From assembly GCA_000004695.1 (NCBI GenBank), contig CM000154.2, positions 4,288,001-4,352,000 of the forward strand: a stretch of DNA of 64,000 nucleotides. Reading direction: 5' to 3'. Within the stretch, counting starts at the first letter, position 1. Every line of letters begins with the position of its first letter. Shown in pieces: positions 1 to 11,543 of this stretch. Under the pieces are notes generated by a model. The model did not search any database, was not told the DNA's origin, and saw only the letters and a list, made by a program, of their open reading frames with translations. This DNA is from Dictyostelium discoideum. Lineage: Eukaryota. A program made the translations under genes and the position numbers.

Positions 1-134
1 AAAAAAAAAAAAAAAGTTTTAAAGTAATTTCTAAATCACCAATGGTTGTTTTATATGATCTTTTATTATTAAAATCTTAAATATTATTCAAATTAAAATT
101 TGGTACAATTTATTTTTTATTTTAAATTTTTCTT

Positions 135-171
<37 letters not shown>

Positions 172-391
172 GTAAATAAAAAAAAAAATACAAAAAAACT
201 TAAACAATTAAAATCAAGATGTCATCAATTAATTTATGATCATGAAAAAGATAAGGATTAATTAAGAGCTGGTATTAATTTGGTTAAAATTAATTGTTAA
301 AGCTAAAGAATTGTTTTCTCAAAAAAAAAAAAATCTATTTAAAAAATGAAAAACTAAATAGAGTAATGTGTTTTTTATTATTACTATTTTT

Positions 392-1636
392 CTAATTTTG
401 TTTGATAATTTCCACAGATTTATCTAATTTACAAATATCTAATGATAGATTGAAACTTCTTTGTAAAATAATTTTTGGTATATTTTTGGGTATAGATCCT
501 TCAATTAGTGGTGTATTCATTATTCCTAATTTTAATTGCTTTATTGAATTTGGAATGATTCCTGGTGTTAGTTGATGTTTGAATCCTTGATAAATACTGA
601 GATTTGTTACAGAATTCGGCATTGAAATTACTTCTAATGATTGTTTAGTATCATATAAATATAAGAATTTCACTCCATCACTAATTATACCTGGTGTTAT
701 TAATTGATCGAAACCATTACACAAATATAAATTAGTGACTGATTTAGGAATTGATCCGACAATTAATGGTGATTTAATATTACAGAACCATAAATATTTT
801 ACACTTTCTGGTATAATACCTGGTGAGAGTAATTGGTTAAAACCACTATTGAACCAAATGGATTCAACTGAATTTGGAATTGAACCAATCTTTATTTCAC
901 TTTTAATATTATTTAAACTTAACTCTTGTATACCTTCAGGTATCAAAGAAATGGTACCGATTGATAATGGTTGATTAAGTCCATCTTCTAAACAAAGATA
1001 TTCAACAGTTTTTGGAATTGATCCAATCTCCAATGAATGTTTGATATCTCCTAAATTTAAAGATCTGACCCCTGAGGGTATAATACCTGTTTTTAATGAT
1101 TGGGAAAATCCATCACAAACATACAAACTTTTTACAGAAATAGGAATCGAACCAATCTTTAATGGCTTTTTAATGTCGTGTAGACATAAATATTCGACAC
1201 TATAAGGAATAACACCAGCTTCAATTGATTGACTAAATCCATCATAAAAAGTTAACCGCCTAACACTCGATGGTATTGATCCTTTTACTAATGGTGTTTT
1301 AATATCACATATCTCTAAATATTTAATACCAAGTGGTAATACATGTGGTTCTAAACTTTCTTTGAATCCATCTAATAATATTACATGCTTAATATTTTCA
1401 TTTGATTTAAGTTTTAATAAACTACCACAATCTTCTCCAAGTGCAACTTTATCATTATCTTTTGGTAATTCAATGTTCTCTGAATATATATAATACTTTT
1501 CACCAATACCAAATTCTATTTTTAAAATTAAAATGTTAATATACTTTTATTATTTACATATATACTTGTAATTAAACATACTCTCTATAAATTTATAATT
1601 ATTTTCATCAATTTCAATCTTAAATTTTTCATTTAG

Positions 1637-1717
<81 letters not shown>

Positions 1718-2442
1718 AAGTTCATATATTAATTTTAAATTATATTTAATATCATCAATTATCTGGTTATCGAATTTAATGATTTGATTATTATATTCTT
1801 TTAATTTATTTTGATTATTGATATTTATATTATTTTTTAATAATAATAATGATTGTTGATATTGTTTGATTAGCTGAATTGTATCAGTACCTTTATGATA
1901 ACCAATAATATCTTCATCACCATAATCATAATCATCATAATTTTGTTGAACATTATTAATATTTTTTATGGAATTATTTAATTTATCAATCATTGAGTTA
2001 TTATTATTATTGTTATTATCATTATCGATTGAAGAGGTAATAGTTGTATTTATTAATGTATTTTCTTGGAATACTGTTTCTAATTGTTTTTCGATGTCTA
2101 ATTAAAGTATTGAGAGTATGTGATGAAGTTTTTTAAATTCATCTTTAAGTAATTTTTTATTTTCATCATTTTGTGATTGAATTTCATTGAAAATTTCATT
2201 GGAATCTTTTAATGTTTGTTTATTATTTCCAATTCTTTCAAGTAATTTTGGATAAACATCATCTTTAAAATTATTCATCATTGAAATAATGTTTGATGTT
2301 GATATTGGTTCTAATCCATGACGATGATGAGAACCATTACTGGATGCACATAAAATACAACATGGTATTAATTTACAATCTAAACATAAAAGTTCAACAT
2401 TTTTACTTGGATGAATTGAACATTTTTTATTATTATCATTAC

Positions 2443-2495
<53 letters not shown>

Positions 2496-2563
2496 TTATT
2501 ATTATTTGCTAATGACATCATAATATAAATTAAAAAGGTGTGATAATTTTTTCTATTGTTCAA
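392..2563 (-). pseudogene. Degenerate copy of the B-box/coiled-coil/FNIP-repeat gene. The B-box and coiled-coil part is 1550-2563 and the FNIP repeats are 392-1546.
   Basis: The reading frame is the same as in the intact copy at 4030-6295, but an in-frame TAA at 2099-2101 (GAA to TAA) splits the B-box ORF into 2102-2563 and 1550-1993. The 3' splice acceptor used in copy 2 (ctAG) is mutated here to ttGG. The FNIP part (stop-to-stop 392-1546) has no ATG near its N-terminus. The poly-N tract is shorter than in copy 2. Confidence 0.6.
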
Positions 2564-4029
2564 ATGAAGTTATTATTGGTTTTTGGTGGTAAAAAAAAAT
2601 AAAAAAAAAATAAAAAAAAATTATTTCCAAAATCTTTAAGTTTTTATTAAAAAAAATTTAAAAAATTAATTTAAAAATAGAAAATGATTAAAAAAAGTGG
2701 TCGTAAACAACAATTTTTTACATTTTTATTATCTTTTTTCATATTATGTATAATGTGCCTTTGATTATTACAAATAATTTATTAGAATTAATTCATTCTT
2801 TTTTCTTTTTTTTTTTTTATGGTTAACCTAAATAAATTTAGGATGCAGCTTCTATAACTGGTTTCACTGATTTTTAATAAAAAAAAAAAAAAAGATGTAC
2901 AATTAAAATATTAATTTCATGATAATGTTTTTTGGAAATTAATTTTTTTTTTTTTTTTTTTTTTTATTACATTATCATGAAATTGTTGAATTTGAAGATG
3001 ATATATATCTTAGTTCTTCTTTTAAAGTGTAAACTTCACGTTTTAAAGTGGAAACTTCATTATTTAATTTATTGTTTTCATCCAATAGCGATTTATATTA
3101 ATTTTGATTTGGTAATTGATCTCTTAAACCATAAAAACATAAAAAACTTGGTATACATCCATCCAAAATATGATTTTTTATATCAGAAAAGTGTTTACCT
3201 TTTGGAAAAAAAAAAATGAAAAATAAAATTAAAAAAAAAAATGAAAATTTTTTTTTTTTTTTTTTTTTTGGTCATTTTTAATAAAATTTAAGGGAGTCAC
3301 TTTGCATGTAAATTATTGTTTAAAAAAAAAAAAAAAATTTTCAAAAAAAAAAAAAACATTTTTTCTAATAATATTTAAGGGAGTCGCTTTAAAAAAAAAA
3401 ATAAAAAAAAAAAAAAAGGCGAAATTTTTAGACCCAACCACCTTAGTAATATTAAAAAAAAAAAATATCTGATTGGTGCAATTATAATTAATTAACTCTA
3501 GTAAAGAGTAATGATTTTTTTTAATTTTTTTCTTTTATTTTTATTTTATTTTATTTTATTTTTTAATAAATAATTAATAGAAATAAAAAAAAAAAATACA
3601 AAAAAAAAAAAAAAAATAATAAAAATGGATGAAGCGCCAGCAATTAAAATTTTAGATAATATAATAAACTCAACAACATTGATGTAGTACTATTGATGTA
3701 AGAATTGAAAAAAAAGATTAAGAAATTAAACAAGAAACTTTACAATTAAAATCGTTTCAATTGAAGAAGAGATTAAAAACTCAAACAATTAAAATCAAGA
3801 TGTCAACAATTAATTGATGATTATGAACAAGATAAAGATTTAATAAGTGTTGGTATTAATTTAGTTGATGAATTAAATGTTGGGGCTATTCTCAAAATGG
3901 TTTTAAAATTGAGAATTTGTTAATTAATTATTATTTTAATTAAAACAATAAAAAAAAAAAAAAAAAAAAATCAATTTAAAAAAATAAAAACTTAATACAG
4001 TAATATAATTATTTATTACTATTATTCTA

Positions 4030-5280
4030 TTATAATTTAATAATTTCTACAGATTTATCTAATTTACAAATATCTAATGATTGATCAAAATTATATTGTA
4101 AAATAATTTTTGGAATATTTTTGGGTATTGATCCTTCAATTAGTGGTGCATTCATTTTTCCTAAATTTAATTGCTTTATTGAATTTGGAATGATTCCTGG
4201 TGTTAGTTGATGTTTGAATCCTTCACAAATACTGAGATTTGTTACAGAATTTGGTATTGAATTCACTTCTAATGAAATAGTATCACATAATTGTAAGAAT
4301 TTCACTCCATCACTAATTATACCTGGTGTTATTAATTGATCGAAACCATTATAGAAATTTAATTCAGTGACTGATTTAGGAATTGATCCAACAACTAATG
4401 GTACTTTAATATTATAGAAGAATAAGGATTTAACACTATCTGGTATAATACCTGGTGAGAGTAATTGGTTAAAACCATCATTAAACTGAATGGATTCAAC
4501 TGATTTAGGAAGTGATCCAATCTTTAATTCACTTTTAATATTATTTAAACCTAACGATTGTATACCTTCAGGTATCAAAGAAATGGTACCGATTGATAAT
4601 GGTTGATTAAATCCATTTCCTAAATTTAGATGAGCAACAGTTTTTGGAATTGATCCAATCTCTAATGAGCGTTTGATATCTCTTAAAATTAAAGATCCGA
4701 CCCTTGAGGGAATAATACCTGGTTCTAGTGATTGGGAAAATCCATCACAAACATGCAATTGAGCTACAGAATTAGGAATTGAACCAATCTTTAATGGCTT
4801 TTTAATGTCGTGTAGATATAACCATATAAAACTCGAAGGAATAATACCAGCCTCAATTGATTGATTAAATCCATCATGAAATGATAACCGCCTAACACTT
4901 GATGGTATTGATCCTTTAACTAATGGTGTTTTAATATCACATATATCTAAATATTCAATACCAAGTGGTAATACACCTGGTTCTAAACTTTCTTTAAATC
5001 CATCTAATAATATTACATCCTTTAAATTTTTATTTGATTTAAGTTTTAATAAACTACCACAATCTTCTCCAAGTGCAATTTTATAATTATAAATATCTTT
5101 TGGTAATTCACTGTCCTCTGAATATATATAATATTTTTCACTAGTACCAATTTCTATTTTTAAATTAAAATGTTAATATACTTTTATTATTTACATATAT
5201 ATACTTGTAATTAAACATACTTTTTATAAATTTATAATTATTTTCATCAATTTCAATCTTAAATTTTTCATTTAATTTAC

Positions 5281-5353
<73 letters not shown>

Positions 5354-5659
5354 ATTATTATTCTTATCATTATTATTAATAAGTTCATAAATTAGTTTTA
5401 AATTATTTTTAATACCATCAATTGTTTGATTATCGAATTTAATTATTTGATTATTATATTCTTTTAATTTATTTCGATTATTGATATTAATATTATTTTT
5501 TAATAACAATAATGATTGTTGATATTGTTTAATTAGTTGAATTGTATCAGTATCTTTATGATAACCATTAATATCTTCATCACCACAATCGTAATCATCG
5601 TAATTTTGTTGAATATTATTAATATTCTTAATTGAATTATTTAATTTATCAATCATTGA

Positions 5660-5743
<84 letters not shown>

Positions 5744-6295
5744 ATTATTATTATTATTATTATAATTATTATTACTAATATTTTTATTATAATTACTATT
5801 ATCATTATCATTATCATTATCGATTGAAGAGGTAATAGTTGCATTTATTAATGTATTTTCTTGGAATACCGTTTCTAATTGTTTTTCAATATCTAATTCA
5901 AGTATTGAGAGTATGTGGTGAAGTTTTTTAAATTCATCTTTGAGTAATTTTTTATTTTCATCATTTTGTGATTGAATTTCATTGAAAATTTCATTGGAAT
6001 CTTTTAATGTTTGTTTATTATCTCCAAATCTTTCAAGTAATTTTGGACAAATATCATCTTTAAAATTATTCATCATTGAAAGAATGTTTGATGTTGATAT
6101 TGGTTCTAATCGATGACGATGATGAGAACCATTACTTGATGTACATAAAATACAACATGGCATTAATTTACAATCTAAACATAAAAGTTTCACACTTTTA
6201 CTTGGATGGATTGAACATTTTTTATTATTATTATTATTTATTAATGACATCATAATATAAATTAAAAAGGTGTGATAATTTTTTCTATTGTTCAA
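4030..6295 (-). CDS. B-box zinc finger, coiled-coil, poly-Asn, FNIP-repeat protein of about 733 aa. Exons are 5205-6295 and 4030-5140, with an intron at 5141-5204.
   Basis: ORF 5165-6295 has a B-box-like Cys/His cluster ([35 protein letters not shown]) followed by heptad-like repeats and (AAT)n. The downstream frame 4030-5172 is open for 380 codons of FNIP-type repeats (GSIPxSVxxLxFxxxFNQ) but has no ATG. A 64-nt AT-rich intron (GTATAT...ctAG) joins the two in frame: donor phase 2 and acceptor phase 2 recreate an AAT codon. The likely start is the second ATG pair (MMSL at about 6253). Confidence 0.6.
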
Positions 6296-7575
6296 ATGAA
6301 GTTATTATTGGTTTTTGTGTTGTAAAAAAAAAATGAAAAAATGAAAAAAAAAAAAAAAAAAAATTTCTTAAATCTTTAAGTGTTTGATTTTAAATTTGTG
6401 ATATAAAATTAAAAGTAATTTTAAAAAAATTAAAAAAGATTATAAATTAATTTATTTTATTCTCAGGTCAATGCAATATGCTCAATCTAAAATTGATTCA
6501 AAATGATATCAAATCAATTATGTGTTTTTTTTTTTTTCTTTTATTTAAATATCACTATATTAATATTAAAATTTTAATCACCTAAATTAATTTAGGATGC
6601 AGCTTCTAAAACTGATTTACTATTTAATAATAAAAAAAATGTTTTAAGGGTAATTTCTAAATCACTAATGGTTGTTTCATATGGTCTTTTATTAAAATTA
6701 ACATTGGTGCACTTTTGTTGGAATTTTTTTTTTTTTCACCTTTTGACTATATATTTTTAATATCTAATTGATACTATTTTTAAAAAAAAAATTAGCAAAA
6801 AATAAAAAAAAGTTAATTAATTAAATCAAAGAAAAAGTCAAAATTTGTATTTTTTTTTCTTAATTTTTATTCAAAAAATTTATTTTTCACTTAATTTTTT
6901 TTTATTTTTTTATTTTTTTTTTTTTTAATACAAATAAAAAAATAATAAAAATGGACGATGCATTATATTTGATTTTTTTAATTTTTAATACCAACATATT
7001 TAAAACTGGATTATATATATATATCGTTAAATCTTCAAGTGGAATTCGTAAAAAAATTAATATCTTAAGTCTTTAAGCGGGATTCACAAAAAAAAAAAAA
7101 AAGTGAATCCCACACCAAAAAATTGTTGTTTGACCCAATTGTATGAGTTATTTGATGTTTTAAAACACAAAGAAATGAAACAATTAAAATCAATTCAAGA
7201 AGAAAATGAAAAATCAATCCTTGCTCAAGGTGGAAATATCAATTTAATGGAAAAATTTTAAAATCAAATATAAATCAAAATAGATTCTCATAATTTATAA
7301 CTAAAACTTAAACAATTCAACAATTAATTAATGATTCTTAACAAGATATAGGTTTATTAAGTGATGGTATTAATTTAGTTGATAAAAAAAAATGCTGGAG
7401 CTAAAGAATGGTTTAAATCAATTGATTTTTAATTAATAATTAAAACAATAAAAATAAAAATAAAAATAAAAAATAAAAATAAAAATTTTATTTAAATTAT
7501 TTATTTATTTATTTAATTTAATTTAATTTAATTTATTTGAATATAATTTTTGATGTGTAATTAATTATTACAAAA

Positions 7576-8810
7576 TTACATATCAAAACCAAAGCTTAAA
7601 CCAAAAATTGTAGTTTGGCCAATTGTATGAGTGAATAAACATTGAAGTGCACCACTTTGAGTTATTTGATGTTTTAAACCAATTTCTAATTGCCATTTTG
7701 TACCATACAATTTACTAATTCTTCTAATACCAAATTCAGTTGCAGAAGTTACATGAACGATCTTATAATGAATAGTTTCAAAGAATCTTGATCCTCTGGT
7801 AATTCTATTTTTATAATCAAATAAAAATGGTAATCCTAATATTGGTGGTCTATTATCATCATTATTATTACTATTATTACTATTATTACTAATAGCTGAT
7901 GGTGATGACGATGATGATAATGATTCATTTAAATTATTATTTACACTCATACTTCTACTAAATGAATTTGATTCATTATCACTATTTAAAACTTTATTAC
8001 TAAAATAATGATCAGAGAAATAACGTGACATATCACCTAAACGTGAAGTGATTTCTAATGATGATAAGAATGTATTCTTACCGAATTGAAAGAACATATG
8101 GTGTTTTAAAACTATACGATTTGATTTCTTGTTGATTGGGATATCAAATTTTAACCAACCATATCTACCGAAATAAGTGAATTTTGGATTTATAAATGGT
8201 GATACTATCATACGACTAAATGAATGAACTCTAACACCAACTGCACCGCCAACTTGGAAAACACTTGCAAAATTACGTTTATAGATACTATATATGTTTG
8301 GTATAACAATACCAATATCACCCTCCCTTGATCCACGTGGTGTTTCATACCATGATATTGAGGTTTTAATAGGTGGTGGTGAATGTAATGATGATCTACT
8401 AATATTGTTGCTATTACCAACGCCACCGTAAAACCCATTAACTTGTTTTTCATATGTTACTTTTAATCTACTATCTAATGATCTAGCTGAAACTCTTAAT
8501 CCATCAAATAATGTATATTGTAAACATCCGAATATGCTACCTATATTATTTGTTGATGCTTGAAATAATTTAAATTTTGATGGTATATTTACTGGATCCA
8601 TTAAAGTATCCCTTGAAATATCAATTGGTAATCTTTTATTTAAATTATAATTATTATTATTATTGTGTTGTTTATTTGTAGTAGTATTATTATTACTATT
8701 ATTGTTATTACTACCACCACTATGTGTGGTTGATGTTATATTATTATTATTACTATTTTGATTATTTACATTTGATTTAATATTACTACTATTTAAATTA
8801 TTTATATTAC

Positions 8811-8844
<34 letters not shown>

Positions 8845-8919
8845 GTTATTTGTATTTGTATTACTATTATTTATATTATTTTCATTTGACTCGGTATGTG
8901 TAAAAAGTTTTTCGCTCAT
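7576..8919 (-). CDS. Hypothetical 447-aa protein with an Asn-rich N-terminus and a C-terminal half rich in alternating hydrophobic residues (beta-strand-like), ending ...TIFGLSFGFDM.
   Basis: Single long ORF with an ATG start. A 40-bp copy of its 3' end is duplicated at 7128-7170. Confidence 0.6.
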
Positions 8920-9130
8920 CTCGATCTATTTTCTGCTTTTCTTGTGTTTGTGTTGCGTTTGTGTTTGTTTGTGTTGTGTGTTTATGAACGTATTTATGTT
9001 TTATTATTATTTTTTTTTTTTTTTTGTAAATCAAAGTATACTTGTTGAATTAAAAAAAAAATTAATTTAAAAATTTCAAAAATAAAAAAAAAATAAAAAA
9101 AAATAAAAAAAAATAAAATTATATATTAGA

Positions 9131-9360
9131 ATGGCTTGACATAGGTTTTGACCATTAAGAAAAAAAAAATAAAAAAATAAAAAAAATAGATAAACACAAT
9201 ATATGTAGATTTATAAATCACACCCAAATTTATTATTTTTATTTTTTACCTTTTTTTTTATAAATATTCCCACACCCTTACTATTTTTTTTTTTTTTTTT
9301 TTTTTTATTTTTTTTTTTTTTATTTTTTTAATAGTCAAAACCTATGTCTAGCCATTATTT
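9131..9360. repeat. MITE-like element of about 230 bp bounded by 28-bp terminal inverted repeats with 2 mismatches: aatggcttgacataggttttgaccatta and aatagtcaaaacctatgtctagccatta.
   Basis: The reverse complement of 9131-9158 matches 9333-9360. The interior is AT-rich with CCCACACCC motifs and no ORF. It lies about 200 bp upstream of the start of the 7576-8919 gene. Confidence 0.4.
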
Positions 9361-10484
9361 TTTTTTTAGTTTAATTCAAATCTAGACTTTTAAATTTTAA
9401 TAGTTATAATAATTCTCAAAATATTAATATGTCTAAAATTAAACAAAATTGAATATGATAAAATAAATTTTTTTTTTTTTTTTTTTTAATGACTAAATTT
9501 TATTCTTAATATAAAGTTTTTGGAATTTAAGAATAAAATTATTAATATACCATGATTTGAGAATGGATTCTTATTTTAGGGAATCAAATTCTGAAAAAAA
9601 AAAAAAAGATTATTGGTTTAATAAAAAAGAATTTATTTTAAATTTGAAATGGAGAAAAAAAAAAGGTGAGATTGGCAGGAGATAGAACCTAGGTGAGGAC
9701 AGCAAAACGGAACAGGAACAAAAATATTGGATTTAATAAATGGTAGTAAATCCAATATTTTTTAGTGAAATTGGTATTGTTTGATATATAAATTTATTTT
9801 ATTTTACATATTTAGATTATTTTTCTTGAAATCTTGGTTAATGGTCAATTTGAGGTTCACCAATTTTCATTTTTACAAGAACTTCATCTTGACCTTTGAT
9901 AACATGACCTATATGATGAAAAAAATAAAAAAAAAATAAAAAAATTATAAAAAAATAAAAAAAAAGTAATAATTACAGTTTTTGATACTTAGTTTAATTT
10001 ACCTATTTTGATTATATAAAATTTTAAAAATATAATAATGGTTTTAAAAAATGATGTCAAAAAAAAAATATATATATAAATTTATTTCCATATTTAGTTT
10101 TTTGTTTAATTATTTTATTTTATTTTTTTTTAATTTTTAAATAAGGATTAATCAAAGTTTTGGTGTGAAAAAAAAAAAAAAAAAAAACTATATTAAATCT
10201 ATCTAATTCACACAAAAGTATATCGATTTATATATCTCAATTCATTAAATAAATTCTTATATTGAAAATTATAATTGATCTTTTATCAATTATTTTTAAA
10301 ACATGATTAATTAAAAATTACTTATCACACACACCATTTAAAAATTAAAAAAATAAAAAAAAAAAAATAAAAAATAAAAAAATAAAAAAACTATTATTAT
10401 AAAATTTTTTGATTCTGATTGTGCTATATTTAAACAAAATCAAATAATTTAGTATTTTTTTATAAGAAAAAAAAAAAAAAAAGA

Positions 10485-10515
<31 letters not shown>

Positions 10516-10762
10516 GACCAGATTATTTGAAAAACTCCTAGTATTGAAAAAAAAAAAAAAAATAAAAAAAAAAAAATAAAAAAAATGTATTTTTGGTATT
10601 TTATGTGTGGTTGATTGCAAGTGAAAGTATTTTTATCTTCATCTGTTTGATAACTAATCATATAATTATTTTTTTTTTTTGGAAAAAAAAAAATAAAATT
10701 ATAAAAAAAAAAAAATAAAAATATTTCCACCCACACACACGTTAACGATTTGAGAGAAAAAA

Positions 10763-10813
<51 letters not shown>

Positions 10814-11543
10814 TTTTGTTCTTTTTTTTTTTTTTTTATATTGTGACAAGTGTTTTAACTGTTTTTCAATATAAAAAAAAAAAAAAAATAAAAAAAAATA
10901 AAAAAAATAAAAAAATCAAAAATTTTCTCTTAACAACCAACCCAATCAAATTTTTGGTTTTTCCATAATAAAAAAAACATTTTTTTCATTTTTTTTTTTT
11001 TTTTCATTTTTTTTTATCATATAAATTTTTTTTTTTCTTTTTTTTTATTTCCATTTTTTTTATCGCCTCACTTTTTATTTTGGAATTATATTTTCTCTTT
11101 ATTTCTTTTCTATATATAGATAAATTTTTTTTAGAAAAACTAAAAAAAAAACCTCAAACAATTAATACAAGTATGTAAAAAAAGAATTTAAGAAACTTTA
11201 TAAGAAAAAAAAAAAAAAAAAAAAAACAAATAAAAATAAAAATTTTTTGAAAAAATAAAAATAAAAAAATAATCACGATGAAATAATTTTTTTTTTTCAA
11301 AATAAATAAATCTAAAAATTCAATTAATCAATCAAATAAATTAATCAAATAAATCAATCAATCAATCAATCGAATAAATAAATTTATTAATCAATCAACC
11401 AATCAATAAAATAATAAATAAATTGAATAATGAATCATCCTTCAAGAAATTGAATGAGAAAGAAAAAAAAAAAAAAAAAAAATATTAATACCTTTATTCC
11501 ATTTTTTTTAAAATTTTAATTTTTTTTTTTTTTTTCCTTTAGA

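Larger units (their letters stand above)
1..7450. repeat. Tandem segmental duplication, unit about 3.6-3.7 kb: partial unit 1-200, unit 200-3780, unit 3780-7300, partial unit 7300-7450. Each full unit carries a minus-strand B-box/coiled-coil/FNIP-repeat gene and a plus-strand remnant of a coiled-coil coding fragment.
   Basis: Direct alignment of 392-2563 with 4030-6295 shows near-identical FNIP-repeat and B-box coding sequence, offset about 3638 bp. The flanks 2564-2700 and 6296-6440 are similar. The element ggatgcagcttct occurs at 2843 and 6599. The fragment aaacaattaaaatcaagatgtca..ggtattaatttggtt recurs at 200-330, 3780-3900 and 7300-7440. Positions 18-120 match 6645-6745. Confidence 0.75.

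Noticed and set aside
735-974. Short ORFs antisense to the FNIP, DNase II, TBC, C2 and other genes: 735-974, 8208-8453, 12203-12385, 14200-14409, 51672-51854, 58234-58434, 59075-59284 and 61362-61598.
   Set aside because: They are embedded antisense in longer, motif-supported coding regions, and their lengths are consistent with chance in the 60-80-codon range.
3281-3420. Direct repeat tttaagggagtcactttg / tttaagggagtcgcttta 80 bp apart, and the 9-bp hairpin gggattcac-A15-gtgaatccc at 7079-7112.
   Set aside because: Short matches within poly(A)-rich spacer DNA of the tandem array. They are noted but too short to assign a function or mobile-element identity.
5653-5844. Antisense or out-of-frame ORFs translating codon repeats as poly-Ile, poly-Leu, poly-Tyr, poly-Lys, poly-His or poly-Val. 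Examples: 2293-2523, 5653-5844, 12722-13123, 12727-13077, 24453-24857, 34737-35978 set, 40731-41090, 42040-42384, 44500-44742, 45384-45951 set, 60945-61298.
   Set aside because: They lie opposite to, or out of frame with, well-supported genes and consist almost entirely of homopolymeric or dipeptide repeats generated by (AAT)n, (CAA)n, (ACC)n and (GAA)n coding tracts.
10345-10968. ORFs made of poly-Phe or poly-Lys in oligo(dA)/(dT) intergenic DNA. Examples: 2932-3219, 8843-9070, 10345-10968, 21532-21955, 27674-27901, 29312-29494, 31680-31865, 33793-33975, 36314-36565, 39073-39366, 46899-47084, 47700-48023, 54017-54632.
   Set aside because: They are translations of homopolymer runs, with alternative TTG/GTG starts, no codon structure and no motifs.
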